DNA of 64,000 bases from Saccostrea cucullata. Lineage: Eukaryota. Below the pieces are notes generated by a model, which made no database searches, was not told the DNA's origin, and was given only the letters and a program-made list of their open reading frames with translations. Positions 10,913-23,497 of the stretch are shown one piece after another. A program made the position numbers and the translations under genes. How positions within the stretch are numbered: position 1 is the first letter of the stretch; every line of letters begins with the position of its first letter. The stretch is taken from positions 434,001-498,000 of the forward strand of contig NW_026934507.1 of assembly GCF_032062105.1 (NCBI RefSeq), given 5' to 3'.

Positions 10913-13329
10913 TGCCCAACCTTTACGCCTAAGATGCCTATTTACAGGCATATCAATGCAACCAGTGACTTCATCTGTTAAAGCAGAAAGAAAAACAATT
11001 TTTTTTAGATTAATATAAACCATCTTAATTTTTATTTCCATTGCTATTGTATAACAGTGACACTATGCTCACACGACAATACGCATGCAAGTATAAAATC
11101 TTCCATCAGAATAAAACACCTGTGTTGTCGCACTGTTAATACACCGGCAATGAACAAGTAATTAGCGGTTTCTGGGGTTATTGCCTGCATTTTCACCAAG
11201 AATTCTTCTGATGATGACAACCACAAGGGGATAGGGTTTCTACTAATTTTTCCGTGCAGCGGAAGATGATTTAAAGGATTCTAGGACATGTCAAAACAAA
11301 CGAAGGTCCGCATAGATCAATGGTAACTTGTTCTTCACAAGAAATGGTGACAGATGTTAAGAAATCTTTATTCATCTTTTGTGTTTTGCTTCAATTTTTC
11401 TGTCTGTTTGATCATAGAATATCAGAGTAACGACCTTCCTTAAAAATTCTGTACTTTTTTCTGTTATTTCTACCTCGTGGATAAAAACAATATGGCGAAT
11501 TGTAAGTTATGTGTACGTTTGCTTATATCAATAAAGATCAGTTTATTACGATAATTCAGGCATGTTATTTACAAAGAAGTGAGGCGGTATCACTAACAAG
11601 CATTGAAATGGTGAATTAGCTGTTATTCCACCGGCTTGATAAGAAAAAAACCTCCCATACTTTCGCTCGTTCCAGGCGGGAAGTGGGAGTCTGTGCTCTA
11701 TTATCAGCAGTCGAGCTCCTCTTCATTTATCAGTTTTTTATCTTCATTGCCTAAGAGAGTCGTTAAAATCTGACTTCAAACAAATGTTATAAATGAAGTT
11801 TGCCTTTCTGATTAATTTCTATTGTAAAGGATGAAGTAAAACTGACAGGTCGTAATTATTGCTACAATTACCTCGTACTTGAGGTAGGAAAAAATGGAGA
11901 ATTTCTGCAGGAATTATCTCAGCGAGAATGTTACGAGATCAGGCTTAGAAGTATGGGATGCTGTGACGGGAAAATTAATATCAATGTACCCCACACATCT
12001 CATCCGTCATATTTCCCTTGAAATTATTTGATGTTTCAAAGAATTACGTCTAATTTATTTGATACTTCTGGCTAGACAAAGCAAGGTCGCCGAGTTTAGT
12101 CGAAAAATGTGTTTATTCAGGTATTTTCGATTTTTTAAAAAAGCATTTTACAAAACAGCCTGACCTACAGCTTGCATACAATCGTCTATGAAAATATGTC
12201 ATTTTCAAAAATATTTACATATGAAATTCAATCTCTGACATAATAAAGAATTTTTAAGACAAGAAAGACAATATTTCAATTTTTTTGAAAACCAAATAGC
12301 AGTCGTGTTTTCTTGATTTTTCATTGACTAAATCTGTCATTGGTGTTTCAGAGTTGCAAATCTGCTTTAAATCATGTCAAGTGGATTGTAAACATGTAAT
12401 GCTATCGTGGGAGGGGTATCAAGAATTCTTGTGGTTAAAGATGACACATTTCTTCAAGCTTTCTTTTAATCTATTTTCAAAAAATCTTTTTATTTCACTC
12501 TGAACAACAGACATCAACCATTTTTGTCATTTTTAAAGGCAATAATTGTCAAAAGAGAAAATTCGGAGATCTGATGGGAAGGTACACCATGATTTCATTC
12601 ATAGTAAAGACAAAAAAGTATCTCCGAGTCGGGGAGTTGAACAGTTAAATGAACTTTTATTTTTTATCTAAGATAACCAGATACTAGTATATACGTGTCT
12701 GATTGGGGTTAGATTTGCGTTTGTACAGCTTGTAAAACAAGCATCTGGAATTTACTTCTCTGTGATGTGGATTTGGGTGGCGAAATGTAACATGGGAAGG
12801 AAGGACTTGTTTCGTCCGCGGAACATCACAAAGGAACAGTGCTGTTGTCCAATTGACGTCATAATGAACTTATAACTACCTTTAATTGCAGGGCAATTGT
12901 TCGAGAAAAAAGAATTCTAAGATCTAGATGGAGTAGTTTCTACTAGTACATGTAATTGTGTTTCAGGAACTTTATTAAGATAAAAAAATTATAAAAATGG
13001 TAGTGTTCATATAGATGCATCAAGAAAAAAGTCTATAACTTATATATTATATAGGAATTAATCTACATGATGAACCCGACCCATTGATTTAACAAATTGT
13101 CACTGAAAGGTCACTTTTTTGGCTGTTCGGAAGTTATAAAACTATACAGATATATTACTTCTTGGCAACTTTAAGAAATATTGAAATCACACAATTTTAC
13201 CAAAAGCAATTATCTCAAAACCTACGCCTCTTCAACATTGTATAATTCATTATATATTTTTTTTTACATCGTTGACAGCTGCTTTTTGTTTTTAGTCATT
13301 TACAATATCATTTAGTTAAAAATTACTCT

Positions 13330-13685
13330 GATCATACACACAAATACTCTGACGTAAATATTAAGAAGATGCTATAGAATTTCTGATTTACAATATCTAT
13401 ATAATAGTGTTTGGAGACATCTCTTGGAAATACAATGGGTACAAAGTGCACCCTGTTATAAGCAGAAGCAAAATTTATTCAAATTATTATACACGAGAAA
13501 AAAAAAACACTCACCGTGGCCTTCAATTCGACATTTAGATATATCCACGATGTTTAATCAATAAAGAATTATAATTACTTTCATTCTTATAATTCTTTAT
13601 TGATTATTATGCTATTACTTACATTCTTATGTAGACTCGATATATCCCGATTGGCTTGAAATTAAAGATTCTACAGAGTTTGATT

Positions 13686-13730
<45 letters not shown>

Positions 13731-14560
13731 AAAGATGGTGATGATGTGCTATCAACAAAGGTTTAGGATAAACGTGATGACTTGAAACTTTTCAATCGTC
13801 AACTTCCCTTACTTATGTAGCACTATACCCTAATCACCTGCATAAGGAGTTTATGTCTGTTGATTGATTAAATACGCAGGAAAATGCTGTACATACAATC
13901 ATTTTCTTACACGAGGCAAGCTATTAATGAACAAGTTGATGAAATAGCAATATCAACATTCTTATTTAATTTTTTCTTTGGTCGATATATTGACCTTGTC
14001 AGCATTTGTTTTTATAAAAAATATTGGCAGCTTTTTGTTTTGACAACTTTGTGGTTTATGTACTTTTTATTTGTCAAAATATTTTTGCCAAATTGATGAT
14101 TGTTTGCAACAGGGGAGATACCTTTGCCAAATGTATTGTTCTTTGTACTCAGGAAATATCCCGGTGATCTCCCCATAACTTTATTTGTGTTATATATTTA
14201 TTGTCATTTAATGAATGACAATTCTCACTCAATATACGTTGTTTGTTATATTTTCAACTATTGCGGTAGCCTAGCCAGATCACTAGGATTACACAAAACA
14301 TAATCTACTATTGATACAAATGCTGACTGACGGTTTTCATTCAAATTGTTAGGCCATTATTTACACACTAAATTGTCTACGGTTTCACCCCCTTTTTCCA
14401 GTCATAACAAGGCAAAACAACGTGAGTGACCGTTCGGCAGGGGATGCTCACTCTTTTATGGCACCTGATCCCTACCTCTGATGATTTAGATGTCCGTGTC
14501 TGCTCTGCTCCTGACTGATATATTTGAATGGATTTACGAGTTTGAAAACTGTTCCTGAAA
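13330..14560 (+). mobile_element. Decayed Penelope-like (Naiad-type) element with internal poly-A and an unrelated insertion (~14005-14293)
   Basis: MGTKCTLL, TFRYIHDV, DKRDD, FSIVNFPYLCS and SPAxGVY remnants; 3' element at about 14418-14510; A-run 13693-13728. Confidence 0.85.
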
Positions 14561-15977
14561 TCCCTATTTTCTTGATGAGTGAGGCACCTAGTATCTTTTT
14601 AAAATCAGATATATGTGAATTTTGGAAGAAAAATGGTTGTTCTATTTATCAATAATCGGTTAATATACATACAAGGTACAGTGTACCTTTTGCTTCTACA
14701 TGCAGTGCATATAGCAATCCCTCAGCATCATAGCCTATCCCCAAAACGCAGATCCCTTAAGTCCCCTCAAACACTAGACATTTTGTCTAAAAAGTATGTA
14801 ATATAAACCATGTAAGTTTGTCCTATACACGTATCCTTGAAATGGAATGACATGCCAATCAAAGGGTAAATTTAGGTCAAGTATCACCTGTTTCATTCCA
14901 ATTAGGTCAAAACAGGTATTCTACAAAGGGAATTCCTTCTCCATTGTATTTTTTGTGTATCTGTACATAATTAATAAAATAGAATAAATGATGTGGATTG
15001 TTCGGAACCAGGTATTCAAATAGGAGTGAATTAATGTTATATTATTTTGCACCGTTTAGCTTATTCAGCAATCATAGTTTATGAAAATAAAAGCGAAAGG
15101 AATACACTCAGAACGCCTCGAAAAATAAATAAAATGCATTACACTTTATTGAGTAATATCATGGTCCTAGTTTAGTACTTAATTACCCTAATGTTTCTTT
15201 TTAATTAAAATTTTCAACTATATTCATTTTTAAAGTATTACAGCTGATGCTAGAATTGTTTAATGTTCGGGCGTCGCCTCATTTAAAATGAATTTTCTCA
15301 AGATGGAAAGTTTAACAATATGCTTAATGTAATTGTCAATTTGTATTAAGAGTTTAAACATTTCTTTATATGTTTTGTAGACAAATTAAATGAAATAAAT
15401 ATTGACACATATTTTGAGACAATGGGATTGTTATATATCTTCCGGAAATTTAAAACGCAAATAAAAAACACGGATATTACCTCTACATATAAATAAAACC
15501 ATTCTGAAAAAAGTAGATAGAAGTTATTGAAAAAAGGTGATAAATGACTTTAACACATGTGAGAAAATTGGCAAAATACTTCTCAGTTGTTCCATCCAGT
15601 TTGAACAATATGTGCACTAAAATGACCCTATGAAAGTTTATTATTGTAGGATCTGATTAAGAAATGAATATATTTTTTGTGCGTTTATCAAAAATCCAAA
15701 TCGGTGCTTCGAAATCATTTTAAATTCACTGTGGTAGAGAGATCGCACTTTCGTGTGTTCATCACATCCGTCAAAATTTCACGGGAAATTTCAAAGCTAT
15801 TAAAAAATACTTAATCTTTGGTTATGTATAATCAATCTGTCCTAATCTTTTGAATGGAGATCCATGATCATATCAATTTTATCAGCCAATTAAGATTTTA
15901 AAACGAGACCTCGGGTGAACGAATTGTATTCAAGTGATGAACCTAAGATATGAAATGTGAAATTTACGGTGGTAGGT

Positions 15978-15978
<1 letters not shown>

Positions 15979-16050
<72 letters not shown>
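15979..16050. repeat. (GA)n microsatellite, about 36 units
   Basis: Direct sequence. Confidence 0.98.
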
Positions 16051-16052
<2 letters not shown>

Positions 16053-17050
16053 GTTACAAGGAAACGTTACAAAATTGATATTTTTTTTCTTGTTTCAATT
16101 CGAAAAATGTCCCATTTTTGAATTAAATACATTTTAAAAAATCCAGTTCAATTTAAATTTTGAAGTGCTGGAATTTTATTTTTCCATCCTGTCAATCAAT
16201 TTTGTTTTCATATTAAGACGAAGTAGACCCATGGAACTCAATGTATCTTTATCTTTTCAGTCCATTTCCACTTTTAATATATTAACTTTCCATTCCCCAG
16301 CTTGTTTACTAATTATTGTCTCATAATTACTTTTTTATACCTAATAAATCATAAATGCACTCAACTCTACCTTTTTTTCTTTTTGAGAAAACCAACAATT
16401 CATATCAATGTGAATGATTTGCCAAGTTAGATAGACATCAACAATTATCCTATAAGGCCGATTATTCTCCTTAATCCACATTTTAATCTCTTGTATCCCT
16501 TTTTTCAGCTTTTCTATTTACTAATAGGACATGTTATCGTTTTGATTTTTACCAATTGTACAGGTAATTGCATATTTGAGATGCCTAGGTAGGATATGGT
16601 TTTTGATATGAATGCTCCATGACAAAGCGATTTCATTATTTTATGGACATAGGACTCTTCTATTCTTTCCTTAATCCCACACTAAAGCATACTCAAAACT
16701 CACTGACACTGTTTTGTGAAAAATTCTAGACTCCTCTAGCAAAGTGTCTACACCTGTCCGACTTAACATTAGGAATCTGAATAAAAAAGAGGTCCTCTTA
16801 AACGATGAGCAGCATGGTTAATATCACGCATAAATGCTGAAAAATAAATGTTAAAAGCACATGCACACGTTTCTATAATTTTTCAAATCATAGTATAATA
16901 ATGTTAATATTATAATAATGGTAAAAATATTTCAGAAATGAAAATTAATTGCCGGTGTTAATAAAAGCTAAAAAAGATATATACATCATCAATCAGTTGT
17001 AGCTAATATCAAGAGTACTTCACCCTGTGGTATGGGCAGATTTGACTTAA

Positions 17051-17977
17051 GGTAAGTCACTCGTCAGCTTTTTAGAAAAGTTCACGCAGAAGCTTTTACT
17101 TCAAAACTACTTATTAAAATTCAATTTTTATAACATATTTAAATTGAACAATGTAAATTTTTTAACATTCAATGAAAAAACTGCTCAAAAATCTACAAAA
17201 AAGCAAGATTTATGAGGGACTATTTCTTTTGGTGGAAGGATATTTAGCAGAAAATTCTGCAAATCTGCACATTTATAAATTTTAATGTAATGGAAATTTA
17301 GCCTCACATACTTTTACTCGGAGAATATTTTCCGTTTTGATATTGCTAAAAATATTTAATATAGGTCTTAATTTATATTTTTAGACTAAGTTTTACACCT
17401 TCCCTCAACAAACTTTTCTAAAAAATGAAAATATATTAAAGAAGTCAAGGTCAAATTTACACCATTTTTTGCCTGAAAATCACATATTTTGACAAATATT
17501 TCAAAATTAACATCACTGACCCCACCTTTTTCTTTCATTATTTTAAACTACTCGATACTTGTGACTGATCAGCACTAAAGTCGTAAAAAATTTGATATAA
17601 GAAAAAATTTTATTGCCCATTAAGTTTTTTAATACCCCAAATATGTTATTTTTTAGTGCAAAAAGGTCACACAATAATTTACGCGCATTAATTTGCAAGA
17701 TTTGTTTAATGATAAATATTATTCAAACTATTTTACGTAAAATAAGATTATATTTATTGCCATGCTTACATCTAATCAAATATAATAAGGGTTAAAATAA
17801 TTAACCAAAGAGATGAAAATTAAGTGCAAAAAGGTCAACTTAAATGTACCGTAGATCAGTAGGATGCACACTGACCCCCTATTTTCTCTGCGATTTTGAG
17901 TTACACTTTATGAGTACTTATCCAAAATATACTTCTCAAAAAATCCTTGATATAACAAATTTCAGGAGTGACTTACC
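17051..17977. mobile_element. Non-autonomous TTAA-specific DNA transposon, Kolobok-like (927 bp)
   Basis: Perfect 12-bp TIR GGTAAGTCACTC/GAGTGACTTACC with TTAA on both flanks; purine-purine terminus fits Kolobok rather than piggyBac; internal repeat CACTGACCCC at about 17513 and 17869. Confidence 0.85.
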
Positions 17978-18369
17978 TTAAGATCATTTGATGAGAAAAT
18001 AACATAATGAGGTTATTTAGTCGTCTTCAAAAGTATAAATGACACTGTTGTGAAATATATCAGAATCTTATTATATTTAAAAAAAATAAATGCTTGTTAT
18101 TTTTCTAACTTCCTTGTATCAAAAACAATTCTTCCTAAGTGTCATCCGAGATTAAAATTTCTTGAAATAATCAATCATTTGCATGAGGCATGCAAAGATA
18201 GATGCGATGCCAGTACTTCAGTTTTAAAAAAAATTAGGAAGGGAGTCTTTTACAGCAAGTAACCAATCGTTTTTATAATATTAATAAGGTTTATGCATGT
18301 AAATAATCTTGATTGCTATCTATATAGAAGAGAAATATATACGATAGACTTGATATATATATACATGTA

Positions 18370-18457
18370 CATCGTCGGATACCCATTGGTGATCTAGTCT
18401 TTTACTCATCACGAGGAGTAATTTTAAGACGATATCACCCGTGGGTATCCGACGATG
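18370..18457. repeat. Palindromic (hairpin) repeat
   Basis: CATCGTCGGATACCCATTGGTGAT ... ATCACCCGTGGGTATCCGACGATG, 24-bp arms with 2 mismatches. Confidence 0.8.
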
Positions 18458-21106
18458 GACTTGATAGAACGTTCTATGTTACAGATATACAATTCAAATC
18501 AATGCTCAATTACGGCTGTTACTTGTATTTACTTGAAATGGTCATCAAAGTATGAGTTTGATAAAAAAAAATATGGACGGACGTTGCAAAACGTGTCTAA
18601 CAGCTTAAGGGGAAAAAGAATTAAAATTCTGAAATACTGAAATCATGATAAACCTTTAAAAATATTTTTGCAAATAAAAAATCTGCTAAATCTTAAGAAT
18701 TCATCAAATATCATAAAAGGAGGATTTTTCCTTCTTCTTAATGGAAAAAAAAATTGTAAGATTGACCATTTAAAAAGAAGTGTTTTGTACAAAAAGCTTT
18801 GTAAACGATATCAAAGACATTTGGACAAAAGCAATTACAAAGAACTAACACGAAATAATAGTGGATGAATTGTTTGAATTCACGAGCTGAATCACAAAGC
18901 ATGTACAACGCCATACATCTTGAAAAAGAAGAAAGAAGTTGGCACTATGTCACGGACATTTGGCCAATCTCCACTCCACCAGATTTTCTATACGACTTGT
19001 AATAAAAGAATTCACTTGATCATGTATACAAATTCTCCGATTTCTTTGATGTTCCATTTCTCCGTAAGTCAATACTTAGGTTTTGTTTTAGAATTTGAGT
19101 GAAATATTTTGGCAGTTGCAGACGATCAATTTTCAGGAAAGATGTTGTCTGGGGGATTTTTAGAAGAAATAAGATTAAAGAGGACCCTTTGAGTTTATAT
19201 CATTTTAAAGTGTTTTGCACGATTCCAGTAAATGAAAGTTTAACAGACGTTTAAGAAAAAGTAATAGATGTATCTCGAGACAAATAAACCCCGCATCTTC
19301 TTTGAATCGTATTATTCGAAACAGGTTATCCATCAAGTGGTTTTTGTACGTGAAATCAGACACAATTGTTTTAAAGGATGATCGTGATGCAAATTGCGTA
19401 GAAAAGAAGGAAAAAAATCAAGGAAGAATTCTAAATAATCCCAGAAGATCAACAAAATATCAATCAGACCCCTATCTTTTTATTCCTCTGCTGTCTGATT
19501 TAGGATTTGTCTGTCGGGGTACTAATGGCCGTGTGAACACAATTCAAAAGAATTAAGCCATGGATTCCGCGAAACTTAGACTTTCTCATGAACGTCATAT
19601 CGTTTTGTTTGTCAAGATGACGCTGACGTGGTATCACTGACGAAATATTTCAAAAAACACCACTAAGTGTCGACCACTTGATGCTGTTGTATGTTGTAAG
19701 TGTTATTCCCCTTTTACAAATTGTTGATGAATGGTTTAGAGCAAAACAAGACGATACGTCTACAAAAACAAAGAGCCCTGAAGTGTTATGGCTTTTACAA
19801 TTGATTCTTTAACGTTTCTGGTGAAGTTAGTATCCTTTCTTGCTATGAATGATCATAATTTATATTCAACATGAAGATGAAAATTGATTTTTATTTGAAA
19901 AAAAAAAAGACTTCAGACAAAAACATAAAACGTTCCATTTAAAATATGTAAAAACTGAAGACATTTTATTTTTTTGATCATGCAGTTAATACAAAAATTA
20001 AATCATACGAATAAGATATAACAGGTACAAAAGTTATATTTGTATAAACTACAACAATGTGCTTTTTTTTTTAATCATCTCCATGCATGTAAACTACAAT
20101 ACCAACCATTTAATACAGATTAACATTGGTATCTATTATATCTATTTCTTATATCTTAATTAAACATATACTTAAATCATGCTAAATTTTTATAAATATG
20201 AAAGAACGACTAGAGTTTAAATACACCGATGCTCTTTGCATTCCAAAGCGTTATGTAATTCATAAACATTTTTGTGTGTAAGCACTCCACAACAACGAAA
20301 CAATTCTTCTCTAGATTTTCAGGGTCAAGAGGCCCCGGAGCGGTAACCCGATTATTACCTATGATTTCTTTGATGGTTTTGTGTTACCTATATTTAAGTG
20401 TGTATTCCTCGCGACATACCATCCCATAATTCTGTCACACTGTCCGCTAATCCATGCTGATAAAAGGTGCTTGAAAATGAAAAATGACAGTTTGCAGCGA
20501 ATATATCTGTTTTGATGTTTGTTTACATATTGTTTGTTATATAGAGTTTTCCATTCATGTTCAATGTACTTTACAAATGACGAAAAGATATATGTTTTAT
20601 TCTATAGTCTTTTAATGTGTGGAAAATTCTTCACTAACATTTAAAACCAATATAGAAGACATATCTAATGTTTTTTATGATAGATGGTATTTTATTTAAA
20701 GTCGGAGAATATATTTAAAGCGTTTTTTTCCTTTTCTATATCTTTTATAAAACTGATTGTCAAAAATGTGCATCTTCTTTATTTTTCACTTCACACTACC
20801 TTCATCATATATTTAACACGGCCTAAGTCTTTATCTTTGCGCGCGGTGTATATAAATAAAAATGCATTCGTTTCTTACAGATACTTACTAGATAAAAACA
20901 ATAATTTGCTAAATATTACATGCCTCACTTTTGATTTATGTTTGGCTCTATGAACAGCAATTGTTGGGTGTTTCCACCTATCTTCTGCTAACATTAGCTG
21001 TTTTTGCCTACAGCTGGAACCGATGGTGGGGAACATATAGATTCACGCATGCTAAGTAACAGGAACTCCTGGTTTCTCAAAGCGTACGATCTAGGTGAGA
21101 GAAACG

Positions 21107-21613
21107 CTTTGATCTGAAGGCAGAAAAACAAGGAACGATTTCATCTTTGAATAGGTATCAAAGGCGTGGATGTGATCTGACCCATAAAACACACACTTAG
21201 AATGTAAGATCCCCCATTGATACAAGAAATGTCTCCTTCTCAACGTGTATATTCCTGTAAAAAGTGACCTTTGATGGGAAGACTTTAAACAGGGCAATTC
21301 TCTCTTTGGATATTTAGATTTCTAATCAATATTTAAAGGCAAGTATTTGCCAGAGAATAATGAGTAATGAGACATTGACTGTAGAAAAGAAGACCCAAAA
21401 CTGACCGTCCGTTTGATGTTTTATTGAACATCTGGTTGTGACTTTATATGGTTATTTTTTCCCTATCTCCCTTTGGGCATTTAATGAACTTACAAACTTT
21501 TGAAAATCACATTTTAGCTGATCAAAGAAAATGGACGTTCGTCTACACGTGATGTTCAGTTATTTGATCAGAAATACCACATCTCGTTTAATCTCGGCCC
21601 AGCATGATCAAAG
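21107..21613. promoter_or_regulatory. Candidate distal Wnt-response enhancer (TCF/LEF site cluster)
   Basis: CTTTGAT/ATCAAAG at 21107, 21157, 21269, 21521 and 21607; CTTTGAA at 21145. Confidence 0.5.
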
Positions 21614-22789
21614 ACCATGAAAGATAATATGACAAACTGCTTTGGACTAATTATAGTATTATCATCTCGGAAAGGTACGAGATTCGAATATTTTATTTGA
21701 TGTTGTTTTAGGTATAGTCTTGTAGCGTTACCCCATAGACAGTTCGATCTCGAGAGCATGTACAAGTTAAGTGCTCTACAAATATCTTAGGAAAACACGC
21801 ACATTCAAATTTACTTTACTTGGATTACAAAATCATCTTATGGTCAACTTCAAATTTAACTTTTCTGTTGAGATCTAAAACCACTAAATATGAAAATTAA
21901 TATCAGTTGTGTAGATAAATTAAATCGCTCACATTCTTCGTTCTTCAATATTTGCGAAAGATAGGCGCCGATCATTCAATATTACCTCGAGTGACTTTTT
22001 CCTTTCAGTGACTTTTAAAGTTTGATATGCCAAGATCAAAAGGTTTAACCCCCTATTAATGACATGTAATGTAATTTTATATTGGTAAAATAACTTATAT
22101 CTCATCCTTGTGGTTCGGTGTTCATCTTATTTATGAGAAAATAAAAGAAGTCTTTTTTATTATTACCTATTTGTTTTTGGTTATTTGTCGAAATGAACAT
22201 GTAATGCTTTTGTTAATAAATTTTTCTTTATGAACATTTTGAATTTTATATTTGGGCAGGGCCAACAAACTCGTGAAGAAAAAATAAACTGACATAGAGC
22301 ATCTTTTAAAACAATGGTCTTCTTTTCATTTCACGAACGAGTGAGTAGAAACGGTCCAAACCTGTGGCGTGCATTGTCACTCCAATCCCAGGTGTTCTAT
22401 ACCTCTGGATCCAACTAATGCACTTTGAATTCAAACCGTACAAATATTCATAAGAAAGAATATTTCAAAACAGCAACTTCGTAAGCTCTGATAAATGTAT
22501 TTCACCATATTTTGCTGCAATACCCTCTTTCTCCATCTGTTAGTTAAAAAACTACAACTAAGAAAAGGCAAATAATTCAGCAGTTTTTCTGTTTAAGTTC
22601 ATTCAAACATGGAGTACTTAGTAACAAGTAGTAAAATAAAGCAGTTGATATTGAAAATAACGTGTAGGATTTTCATAACGTTAATAGGAAGAATGCAAAA
22701 GGTGAAAAGAGCGAAAAGTATACGATAAATAAAAAAAAGCAATACACATCTGTGAATTGGGCATAAAACTCGAACCAACGGAAATTTCA

Positions 22790-23170
22790 AAGGATTAGGT
22801 GTCCACGGGGAGTAAGCATCCCCATGATGACCGGCTATACCCGCTGTGAACCCTATGTTTTGATCAGTCAGATGAACATTCTGTAGTCAAGGTTGCGATT
22901 GTAAACAAGATCATAATAACGATCAGGAAAGTTTCAAAATTTTGCTTTTAACTAGCTGGTTGAAATCCCCGAGACATCTACTTTGTTAATAGCATGCCAC
23001 AGTTCAAAAATTGATCAGACTAAGAACATGCTCTTATGTATGGTACAATTTGGAAACAACATATATACAGGTGATAGTGGAATATAAGTACATAAAAAGG
23101 TAAGTTGTCAGACGATGGACTGGCTGAAGTCTTTTCCTTTGTCATGCAATTCAGTTGTAACAAGTTGCCC
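22790..23170 (-). mobile_element. Old Penelope-like 3' fragment (divergent subfamily)
   Basis: AGGTGTCCACGGGGAGTAAGCATCCCCATGATGACCGGCTATACCCGCTGTG resembles the family 3' element; weak RT remnants follow. Confidence 0.65.
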
Positions 23171-23470
23171 AAAATCGTCTATAGTCAGTGAAATATTTAA
23201 AAATGCAATGTACAATAATATAGGTATTCAACTGATATATATGAATGGATAAAGGCCACAGTAGGGTTTTCTTTATTTAAAAATAATTTAATTTCACTTG
23301 TATCAAGCAATACATCGGAGGAACATATAATATTTTTCAAATGAATGGTCAAAAAGTTATTGTTGACGTTGACTTTTAAAATAATGCTCAATTTGAAGTC
23401 TTTTTCCGGTGGAAATATATATGGAATTAAATTCTTGAGATTTAAAGGATATAACCGCAGTTTACGCTTT

Positions 23471-23497
23471 TTTATAAACCGCTTCGCGGTTTATAAA
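23471..23497. repeat. Perfect 12-bp hairpin, probably part of an interspersed repeat
   Basis: TTTATAAACCGC-TTC-GCGGTTTATAAA. Confidence 0.7.
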
